A model generated the notes under the pieces. The model was not told the origin of the DNA, made no database searches, and saw only the letters and a program-made list of their open reading frames with translations. A stretch of 64,000 nt of DNA from an uncultured Candidatus Saccharibacteria bacterium (GTDB taxonomy: Bacteria; Patescibacteriota; Minisyncoccia; Phycocordibacterales; UBA12088): contig CAZLUD010000001.1 of the NCBI GenBank assembly GCA_964562615.1, positions 327,628 through 391,627 of the forward strand, written 5' to 3'. Numbering within the stretch: position 1 is the first letter of the stretch; the number at the start of each line of letters is the position of its first letter. The position numbers were made by a program, and so were the translations under genes. Shown here piece by piece: positions 9,794 through 17,323 of this stretch.

Positions 9794-10126
9794 TCGATTC
9801 GGGGCGCCCTTGGCCAAAATATTATCGTGCCACAAGGGTACTTCAAGAAATATAGTCGCGTTGCTCCTTATTTCTTTGGTCGCTCGAAGCGTTGCTTCTC
9901 TCTCTGTATTTTGTCGGGGCGCCGAGAAGGGGTCAGCTCACTAAGTACATTGAGTCGCAAACTCCTCAATGTACTAAGTGGCTCCTCCCCGGCCTCGCAG
10001 CCCCATTTCTCACGTTGTTCGAAATGGGGACCCGCTGCTCCGGCTTTCGATTCTCGGCGCCCTTGGCCAAAATAGTATCGCTCGAAGCGTTGCTTCTCTC
10101 TCTGTATTTTGTCGGGGCGCCGAGAA
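9794..10126. repeat. tRNA-Pro 3' trailer element: 49-bp direct repeat (9880-9928 / 10078-10126), 17-bp inverted tRNA copy (10046-10062), degenerate second inverted copy (from 9794)
   Basis: Direct comparison of the sequences; period 198 bp. Confidence 0.92.
9826..9882 (-). mobile_element. 55-bp CGACC...GAAGTAC...TGTGG mini-element
   Basis: Reverse complement nearly identical to 10916-10973; absent from the sister copy at 10071-10090, which gives the empty site. Confidence 0.75.
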
Positions 10127-10182
10127 TCGAACTCGGGCTACACGGTCCCAAACCGTGCGTACTACCTCTATACGACGCCCCG
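10112..10182 (-). tRNA. tRNA-Pro(TGG), CCA not encoded
   Basis: CGGGGCGTCGTATAGAGGTAGTACGCACGGTTTGGGACCGTGTAGCCCGAGTTCGATTCTCGGCGCCCCGA. Confidence 0.95.
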
Positions 10183-10253
10183 CGAGACAAAACAATATGA
10201 CTCGTTAAGATAACGTACCACAAAATAAGAATAAAATGAAGCGTATAGCGCTC

Positions 10254-10661
10254 CTAGAAAGAGACATTCTCAAAGAATTCACACTTTGCTAGTTTTTTAT
10301 CTTCATCTATATAGACCGTAACAAGATCAACCTGCCACTCCCCCACCTCACGCTCTTCCAGATACATTTCTATGGTGCTAAGTAATTTTGCCAGCTTGTG
10401 GCGAGTCATGTTTTCTTCAGGTCGTATACCCGGTACTGACTGGACATACAATCCATTAGACTCGGCAATAGTACATACAGCACTCTTTACTTCTATAAAA
10501 TGAGTTACTCCCCCGCTCATGGTTACAACATCTATCTCTCCATGATTAGTACGAATATTTCTATCCACCACATCGTGACCTCTATCTAAAAGCCACTTCA
10601 CGGCCAAATCCTCACCTAATTTTCCTGTCTTTTGAGCGGTAGTTGTACCATAGTTCCACAT
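10254..10661 (-). CDS. yraN: YraN family endonuclease
   Basis: GKLGEDLA, RN...GEIDVV, FIEVK; start set by TATACT-6nt-ATG. Confidence 0.9.
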   Translation of the reverse strand: MWNYGTTTAQKTGKLGEDLAVKWLLDRGHDVVDRNIRTNHGEIDVVTMSGGVTHFIEVKSAVCTIAESNGLYVQSVPGIRPEENMTRHKLAKLLSTIEMYLEEREVGEWQVDLVTVYIDEDKKLAKCEFFENVSF

Positions 10662-10897
10662 ATTCATAGTATAAGCCATATTCTGGTATTTTGGTAGAAA
10701 AAGTCCCTTTATAAGAGACCAAAAAAGTCGTCCTTTATACACTAATCCCCAGAGTTATCCACAGTTTTGACCTATTCTGTGTATTTCTTTTAGGCTGTTT
10801 CGGCACGAATTATACCGAGGATAGGCGCAATAATAGGATGAAAGAATAAAGCAAAATATATCCCTAATGCTCCCGCTCTCTCCTCTTATTTAGTGTG

Positions 10898-11171
10898 CGA
10901 CCTAATTTTGTTGAGCGACCAAAGAAATAAGGAGCAAAGCGACTATATTTCTTGAAGTACCCCTTGTGGCACGTAGCGATTACAAAATGGAAGTACTCTC
11001 TGTGGTGCGACCTAATTTTTACGACCGTAGGGAGATAAAAATGGAAGTACTCTTTGTGGTGCGACCTAATTTTGTTGAGCGACCAAAGAAATAAGGAGCA
11101 AAGCGACTATATTTCTTGAAGTACCCCTTGTGGCACGTAGCGATTACAAAATGGAAGTACTCTTTGTGGTG
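10898..11171 (+). repeat. tandem and nested array of five 54-56 bp mini-elements
   Basis: Units start CGACC at 10898, 10916 (nested), 11008, 11062, 11080 (nested); 10898-11007 and 11062-11171 differ at one base. Confidence 0.92.
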
Positions 11172-11354
11172 CGGGTAGGGAGAATCGACCCGCTTTTGCT
11201 AAGCTCGCAATGCTCGCTAAGCACGCTGGTCGCGCCTCGCCGACAATTTTACTTCGCTTTGCTACGTAAAATCGTAGACCGGCTCCGGCGTTCGATTCTC
11301 CCTACCCGCCTAAAATATATCGTCAAAGCTCCGCTTTCTCCTCTTATTTTAGTG
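11170..11354. repeat. tRNA-Gly(GCC) 3' trailer element: direct copy of tRNA 3' end (11170-11188) and 20-bp inverted copy (11290-11309)
   Basis: gttcgattctccctacccgc is the exact reverse complement of 11356-11375. Confidence 0.92.
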
Positions 11355-11425
11355 TGCGGGTAGGGAGAATCGAACTCCCGTCTGCTCCATGGCAAGGAGC
11401 CGTCATACCACTAAACTATACCCGC
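11355..11425 (-). tRNA. tRNA-Gly(GCC), CCA not encoded
   Basis: GCGGGTATAGTTTAGTGGTATGACGGCTCCTTGCCATGGAGCAGACGGGAGTTCGATTCTCCCTACCCGCA. Confidence 0.97.
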
Positions 11426-11491
11426 AGTTGAGGTGACATACGCCCCTCAATTGCTCAAAACAATACCACTTATCCCCTCCCCTCTCAAGTT

Positions 11492-11701
11492 TTAATGAAC
11501 GTCCTGCTTTAGCTCCTTTAACGAAAGATCATTAAAGTAAAGGTATGCAAGCGCAACAACTCCAGGAAGGATGTCTCCCAAAAATGAATTGCCAAAAAAG
11601 TAGTCAGCGCCGTGCCATATCGCTCTCCAAATAAGTGCCAAACACACTACCACAAGGACCGAGTTAATTACCCCATGACGCTTTATAAAGTCTTGAAACA
11701 T
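11492..11701 (-). CDS. small two-TM membrane protein
   Basis: 69-aa ORF with two hydrophobic segments, between two tRNAs. Confidence 0.65.
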   Translation of the reverse strand: MFQDFIKRHGVINSVLVVVCLALIWRAIWHGADYFFGNSFLGDILPGVVALAYLYFNDLSLKELKQDVH

Positions 11702-11764
11702 GATACTGCGCAGTTAGCTATAGAATTAAATCCCCTATTATTCGCTTTCCACTCCTTTGTTTTG

Positions 11765-11836
11765 TGCGCCCGCCAGGACTCGAACCCAGAATAACTGATC
11801 CGAAGTCAGTTGTGATATCCATTTCACCACGGGCGC
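11765..11836 (-). tRNA. tRNA-Arg(TCG), CCA not encoded
   Basis: GCGCCCGTGGTGAAATGGATATCACAACTGACTTCGGATCAGTTATTCTGGGTTCGAGTCCTGGCGGGCGCA. Confidence 0.96.
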
Positions 11837-11896
11837 ATATGCGGAATAATAGCCTAGTATAGAGAAAATACAAAGTCTGGAGTACACTATACCTAC

Positions 11897-13369
11897 ATGG
11901 AGATCACACTACCATACATACCAAATGAAGTGTTACGTGTTACAGAAACACTAGAAAAAGCTGGTTTTGAAGCATATTTAGTTGGTGGTTGCGTTCGTGA
12001 TCTTCTCCTTGGAAGAGCCCCAAAGGATTGGGATATAACCACCAACGCGGTGCCGAGCGAAATCCAATCACTATTTGAAGAAACCTATTACAACAATGAC
12101 TTTGGAACTGTCGGGGTTGTCACCACAAGTGAGCGTGCTTCCCTAAAGGTCATTGAGATAACTCCGTATAGGACAGAAGGTACATATACTGATGCGAGGC
12201 GCCCTGATAGCGTGTCCTTTAGCAAAAAACTATCTGACGACCTTGAAAGGCGTGATTTTAGTATCAATGCAATGGCGTTTCGTGTTTCATCCGAAACACT
12301 TGTTGATATGTTTAATGGTAAGGAAGACCTGAAAAAGGGCCTTATCAGAGCTGTTGGTGATGCAAATAAAAGGTTTTCTGAGGACGCCCTACGCATTTTA
12401 CGTGCTGTTCGCCTTTCTGCTGAACTTGGATTTGTTATTGAAGCAGATACCCTATCCGCAATAGTTACATGTGTAACGCAGCTTGAGAAAATTTCTAAAG
12501 AAAGAATAAGGGATGAATTTTCAAGAATTATGCTTTCAGATAGACCAGCCGAGGCACTGTTTCTCATGAAACAAGTCAAAATGCTTCAGTTTGTGATCCC
12601 TGACATTATGAGATCAATTAATGTTGAGCAGAATAAATCGCACAAATACAACGTATTTGAACACTTGGTGCGCAGCGCACAGCACGCCGCGGACAAAAAT
12701 CTTCCTCTTGATATGAGGTTGGCGGCTCTATTCCATGATATTTCAAAGCCTGAAAGCAGAAGGTTTTCACAGGAAACACATGACTATACGTTCTACGGAC
12801 ATGAAGTAATCGGTGCAAGAGTAACAAAAAGAGCTCTACAAAGCCTTAAATACCCAAACGAACTAGTTGAAAGGGTGTCACTACTGGTCAGGTGGCATAT
12901 GTTTTTTTCTGACCCAGACGAAATTACCCTCTCTGCTGTAAGGAGAATGATCAGTAATGTGGGCAAAGATAATATATGGGACCTACTCGAGCTTAGAATA
13001 TGCGACAGAATTGGTAGTGGTAGACCGAAAGAACAGCCGTTTAGGTTTAGAAAGTATAAGGCAATGGTAGAAGAAGCACTTCGCGACCCGGTGAGTGTTG
13101 GTATGTTAAAGGTTGACGGTGCAAAAATAATGGAAACATTTCATGAGAAACCAGGACCGAGAATTGGATGGACACTGCACGCACTACTTGAAGAAGTTAT
13201 AGAGGATCCTACAAAAAACACAGAGATATTGCTTCTAAAGCGTGCAAAAGAGCTTCTTGAGCTACCAGACCAAGAACTTGAAGTACTAGGAAGAAAAGGG
13301 AAAGAAAAGCGTGATGAGGTTGACGATGCAGAGATAGCTCAGATACAAAAAAAGTACGGTGTACAATAG
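11897..13369 (+). CDS. cca: CCA tRNA nucleotidyltransferase with HD domain
   Basis: VGGCVRDLLLG, DWDITT, RRDFSINA, EDALRILRA, LFHD. Confidence 0.9.
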   Translation: MEITLPYIPNEVLRVTETLEKAGFEAYLVGGCVRDLLLGRAPKDWDITTNAVPSEIQSLFEETYYNNDFGTVGVVTTSERASLKVIEITPYRTEGTYTDARRPDSVSFSKKLSDDLERRDFSINAMAFRVSSETLVDMFNGKEDLKKGLIRAVGDANKRFSEDALRILRAVRLSAELGFVIEADTLSAIVTCVTQLEKISKERIRDEFSRIMLSDRPAEALFLMKQVKMLQFVIPDIMRSINVEQNKSHKYNVFEHLVRSAQHAADKNLPLDMRLAALFHDISKPESRRFSQETHDYTFYGHEVIGARVTKRALQSLKYPNELVERVSLLVRWHMFFSDPDEITLSAVRRMISNVGKDNIWDLLELRICDRIGSGRPKEQPFRFRKYKAMVEEALRDPVSVGMLKVDGAKIMETFHEKPGPRIGWTLHALLEEVIEDPTKNTEILLLKRAKELLELPDQELEVLGRKGKEKRDEVDDAEIAQIQKKYGVQ

Positions 13370-13746
13370 TGGCTTAACAAAGCCGTTATTCAAAATAATC
13401 GCAGTTTCATGGGAAACGAAAAATGCCCCGTTGGCATTGTGGAGAAAGCCGACGAGGCATTGACGATCCGCAAATCGCGGAAAGAACTAAAACTGCTTAA
13501 GAACAATTATCTATTCTGGGGTGATGTCACTTTATACAAAATTTTATTGTCTATGAGTGAGGACAAACACATTCCAGGGCAACGCCAAGATTATTATTCT
13601 CAAGAACCTTAAGAACAGAAAGAACTAAGCTACGATCTCAAGGAGAAGCGAGACCGTATTTGGCACACACCATATTTATTGATCTACTAGTAGTATCTGT
13701 CCTTTATGCAATCATGTAAAGGACAAGGGTGTGGATAACTTGTCCT

Positions 13747-14523
13747 TTATAAAACAGTGCCTAGAGTGAGGGTAATAGGGCAGTGGTCAGAACCTAGTAT
13801 ATCGCTTTGTATAGTCGCATTTTTAAGATGAGGAAGAAGCTCTGTTGATATAAAAAAGTAGTCAATACGCCACCCAACATTTCTATTTCTTGCAAATGTT
13901 TTCATATCCCAGTACGTATATGCATCTTTTTTGTTTGGGTTGAGATGCCGGTAGGTATCTATAAATCCGGCACCGATAAGCTCATCAACCCACGCTCGCT
14001 CTACCGGAAGAAATCCGACATGGGTTTCATTTTCTTTTGGTCTTGCTATGTCTATTTCTTCGTGAGCAACATTTACATCGCCCATGATTATCACCTGCAT
14101 GCCTTTCTTTTTTAGTGATTGTACGTAGGAGAGAAATGCGTCATAAAATGCAAGCTTGTATACAAGACGCTCTGGCGCGCCACCACCGTTAGGGAAGTAG
14201 ACGTTGCAAATTACGGTGGTGCCAAAAAACGCAATAATTACGCGCCCTTCTTGATCATTTGTCCCAAAATCATATAACACTGAGTCGGGCTCCTTTTTGG
14301 TATAAAGCGCGACACCGCTATATCCTTTTTTTGTTTTGGATGAATTAAAATACGCGTGGTATCCCTTCATTGCCCGAACATCTTCAGGTAATTGATCTAC
14401 TTCGGCTTTTGTCTCCTGTATACCAATAACATCCGCGTCAAAACAACTAATTAAAAAGGTGTTCCAATGACCCTGCTTGTGTGTTGCTCGTATACCATTA
14501 GTGTTCCAAGAAACCAGTTTCAT
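13747..14523 (-). CDS. xth: exodeoxyribonuclease III
   Basis: SWNTNGIR, QETK, GDVNVAH, GWRIDY, SDHCP. Confidence 0.96.
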   Translation of the reverse strand: MKLVSWNTNGIRATHKQGHWNTFLISCFDADVIGIQETKAEVDQLPEDVRAMKGYHAYFNSSKTKKGYSGVALYTKKEPDSVLYDFGTNDQEGRVIIAFFGTTVICNVYFPNGGGAPERLVYKLAFYDAFLSYVQSLKKKGMQVIIMGDVNVAHEEIDIARPKENETHVGFLPVERAWVDELIGAGFIDTYRHLNPNKKDAYTYWDMKTFARNRNVGWRIDYFFISTELLPHLKNATIQSDILGSDHCPITLTLGTVL

Positions 14524-14605
14524 TTAGATATCGTAGCATGCAAATGATGTCTGTGTATCTAGCACAGAATTACGTTGTTATATGTACTGAACCGTAACAA
14601 AAGGA

Positions 14606-15010
14606 ATGACAATGGGTACAGAACACAACAACACAGGGGATGCCACTCTTGTAACAACCAACAGAGTTACAAGAGCTAGGTCGTTTTATGAAGGCATGTG
14701 GTGGTTATATATTGGCGGTACTGAGAATGCCATCAAGGTAATACACGACATGAATTATTCCCAAAAGATACTATTCCTTAGCTGGATACGGGGGCAGGTA
14801 ATCTTAGGGTGGCAGGTGTTTATCGAGCATCTCCAGTGCCACAGGGCGTTACCCTTTAACAATGCACCAAAAAAGAGGCCGTATTCACTCATTGGTGACG
14901 CATCAGGCAGAGCGCTGTTTGATTTTATGGTCACCCTAGAGAGGCAGCTTGTGCAAGTAAATGTAAGCGCAGCTGAGCTCCTTGAGCAAAAGTACAAAGA
15001 TAGATATTGA
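14606..15010 (+). CDS. hypothetical protein
   Basis: 134-aa ORF, AAAGGA upstream, converges on the recombinase gene at a hairpin. Confidence 0.6.
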   Translation: MTMGTEHNNTGDATLVTTNRVTRARSFYEGMWWLYIGGTENAIKVIHDMNYSQKILFLSWIRGQVILGWQVFIEHLQCHRALPFNNAPKKRPYSLIGDASGRALFDFMVTLERQLVQVNVSAAELLEQKYKDRY

Positions 15011-15013
15011 GAG

Positions 15014-15042
15014 GTGTGTGCCTAGGTTACACCTGGCACACA
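15014..15042. terminator. hairpin between convergent genes
   Basis: gtgtgtgcc...ggcacacac. Confidence 0.6.
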
Positions 15043-15966
15043 CTATCTTTTTGTGTGAAAACGTTTATGCACCTCACGGAGGTGTTTGTCTGTAACGTGT
15101 GTATACACTTGTGTAGTAGCAATATTTGCATGACCAAGCAGTGCTTGTACAGAACGCAAGTCTGCACCATTTGAAAGAAGGTCGGTGGCAAATGAGTGTC
15201 TAATGACGTGAGGGGTAACTTTTTTAGTAATACCTGCTTTTATGGCGTACTGCTTGACTATTCTTTCAACAGAGCGGGGATTGAGGCGAGTGGTGGTGGC
15301 GTTTTTTGAACGATTTGATGTCTGCACAAACAGCGCATCATCCATATCTTTTCTTTTGACTAGATAGGCGCGAATAGATTCACGCGCTGAATCAGACAAA
15401 AATACAACGCGCACCTTTTCACCTTTACCACGTACAGAAAACTCTTCCTTTGAAATATCTAAATCACGAGAAAGCGAACAAAGCTCTGACACGCGCAATC
15501 CAGTAGAAAAAAGCAGCTCGAGCATGGCTCTATCACGGAGTGATTTAACATCATCACCATTAGCTGCGGCCATTAAACGGGTGAGTTCTTCAAACGATAT
15601 AAGATCGAGTGATCGTTCTCCAACTTTAGCTAGCTCTATTCGCTCAGGTGAAAGAGATTCAATGCCACGCTTTCTTAAATATTTTAGAAACGCACGTAAA
15701 GCAATAAGGTAGTAATTCTGTGTCTTTTTTTTGAGTGTTTCTTTTCTTCCACCTATTGCAGCGCCAGATTCTTGGCGATTTAGCCATAATCGGTATTCTC
15801 TAAGAAGAGTGTCATCAATGGTTGATGGATTTTCTACCTTTGCAAAGGCAAGAAAACGAGAGAGGTATCGCTCATAATTCTCTATAGTATTGAGAGAGCG
15901 TCCTTTTTCAATCTCAAGGTGTTCTAAAAACTCACGCTTTAGTGTTTCTATGTGCGTGGATGACAT
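15043..15966 (-). CDS. XerC/XerD family tyrosine recombinase
   Basis: RDRAMLELLFSTGLRVSEL, GKGEK, TPHVIRHSFAT, LLGHANIATTQVYTH. Confidence 0.93.
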   Translation of the reverse strand: MSSTHIETLKREFLEHLEIEKGRSLNTIENYERYLSRFLAFAKVENPSTIDDTLLREYRLWLNRQESGAAIGGRKETLKKKTQNYYLIALRAFLKYLRKRGIESLSPERIELAKVGERSLDLISFEELTRLMAAANGDDVKSLRDRAMLELLFSTGLRVSELCSLSRDLDISKEEFSVRGKGEKVRVVFLSDSARESIRAYLVKRKDMDDALFVQTSNRSKNATTTRLNPRSVERIVKQYAIKAGITKKVTPHVIRHSFATDLLSNGADLRSVQALLGHANIATTQVYTHVTDKHLREVHKRFHTKR

Positions 15967-16023
15967 GTCACAAGTATGACATCTATGTCGCAAAACAAAA
16001 AGAGCGCCGCCTTGTGGGCGGCG

Positions 16024-16215
16024 CTATCTGCGCCATGTTCTTTTATTTTGAACACAGCGGTAGGGAAACCACTCTATGTCCGGCGAAGGACAGAGTGGAT
16101 TTGGTAACTCAATTTTGTATGTAGGGGTTCTTCCGCCCCTTTCAAATCCGGCATCGCCGGAGAGGGCGCACCCTCCAAATAGGTGGAGTGCGCAAAGAGC
16201 CATTAGCAATCTCAT
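16024..16215 (-). CDS. small putative lipoprotein
   Basis: Signal-like N-terminus ending FGGC; AAGGAG upstream; hairpin ~16002-16026 downstream. Confidence 0.5.
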   Translation of the reverse strand: MRLLMALCALHLFGGCALSGDAGFERGGRTPTYKIELPNPLCPSPDIEWFPYRCVQNKRTWRR

Positions 16216-16284
16216 ATTTCTCTCCTTCCGTACCAGACTTCACCACCCCTTGCCAAAAAAGTCAATACGTGCTATAAATGTGCC

Positions 16285-16551
16285 ATGCTGACAAAGCGAC
16301 AAAAAGAGAATGCAATACGCGAAATAAAGCGCCACGATACTGACACTGGGTCACCGGAGGCTCAAATCGCGCTTCTCACTAAAGCAATAAACGAACTAAC
16401 CGACCATCTAAAAAAGCATGGGAAGGATCTTCATTCTCGTCGCGGTCTTTTGGGAATGGTTGCTGATAGACGTTCACACCTTCGCTATCTCGAAAAAAAG
16501 GATAAAAAGCGTTACAACGCGGTAGTAAAGAAGCTTGATCTCAAAAAGTAG
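16285..16551 (+). CDS. rpsO: 30S ribosomal protein S15
   Basis: DTGSPEAQIALLT, HSRRGLL. Confidence 0.98.
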   Translation: MLTKRQKENAIREIKRHDTDTGSPEAQIALLTKAINELTDHLKKHGKDLHSRRGLLGMVADRRSHLRYLEKKDKKRYNAVVKKLDLKK

Positions 16552-16649
16552 TTGGTGTTGTGTCGCTCGACACAACAATGGTGTGTCTTTTTGTATAAAC
16601 GCGTTATAGTTAGGCGAGGGTATTTTTATATTTATATATAGTATTTTTT

Positions 16650-17192
16650 ATGGCTGCAATTAAACATGGGGCGCAACGAGTAGGGATATTTATTGATACG
16701 CAAAACCTATATCACAGTGCAAAGCATTTGTATCAAGCAAAGGTTAATTTTGGATCAGTATTAAAAGATGCACTTGCGGGACGTACGCTTATACGAGCAA
16801 TTGCGTATGTGATAACCACCGAGAGTGGGGAAGAGCAAGGCTTTTTTGAAGCACTTGAAAAAGTTGGTATTGAAACAAAAACCAAAGACCTTCAAGTATT
16901 CTATGGTGGAGCAAAAAAGGCAGACTGGGATGTTGGACTTGCTGTTGACGCAATCAAAATGGCATCAAAATTGGATACGGTCATTATCGCCTCTGGTGAT
17001 GGTGATTTCGCCCCACTTGTTGAATACCTCAAAATGAATGAGGGATGCCAAGTTGAAGCCATCTCATTTGGTCGCTCTACCTCGGGACTACTCAGAGAGG
17101 CCGTAGACGTTTTTACCGACCTCGACGAAAATCCAAAGAATTTTCTCATTGGGTACCGCGGCGCAAAATTTATACCGCGAACAAAGAAATAG
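16650..17192 (+). CDS. NYN domain (LabA/DUF88) PIN-like nuclease
   Basis: IFIDTQNLY, KADWDVGLAVD, SGDGDF. Confidence 0.92.
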   Translation: MAAIKHGAQRVGIFIDTQNLYHSAKHLYQAKVNFGSVLKDALAGRTLIRAIAYVITTESGEEQGFFEALEKVGIETKTKDLQVFYGGAKKADWDVGLAVDAIKMASKLDTVIIASGDGDFAPLVEYLKMNEGCQVEAISFGRSTSGLLREAVDVFTDLDENPKNFLIGYRGAKFIPRTKK

Positions 17193-17234
17193 CTCTCGCT
17201 CATTTTCTCTGTTACACTCGAAGTGTTATAAGCT

Positions 17235-17310
17235 CGCTTTCCTTTAGAGAGCGAGGTTTGAAGCTGTATAGCACATGCTCAGTTTCAAGTCTTTACTCTG
17301 AAGGAGAGCG
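17235..17310 (+). promoter_or_regulatory. long imperfect duplex in the pnp leader, putative RNase III site
   Basis: cgctttcctttagag...ttgaagctg pairs with cagtttcaag...ctctgaaggagagcg, with G-U pairs on the + strand. Confidence 0.6.
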
Positions 17311-17323
17311 GTAATTGGATTAT

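Noticed and set aside
10898-11171. CRISPR array
   Set aside because: Units are nested, the inner segments repeat and are palindromic rather than unique spacers, and there are no cas genes in the window.
11170-11309. Extra, split or permuted tRNA genes at the duplicated ends
   Set aside because: The copies cover only the T-arm/acceptor 3' portion; no D-arm or anticodon half is nearby.
15043-15966. Prophage, ICE or integron integrase
   Set aside because: It has the length and motifs of housekeeping XerC/D, shows no obvious IntI insertion, and sits among core genes. A trans role on the tRNA elements cannot be excluded but has no support.
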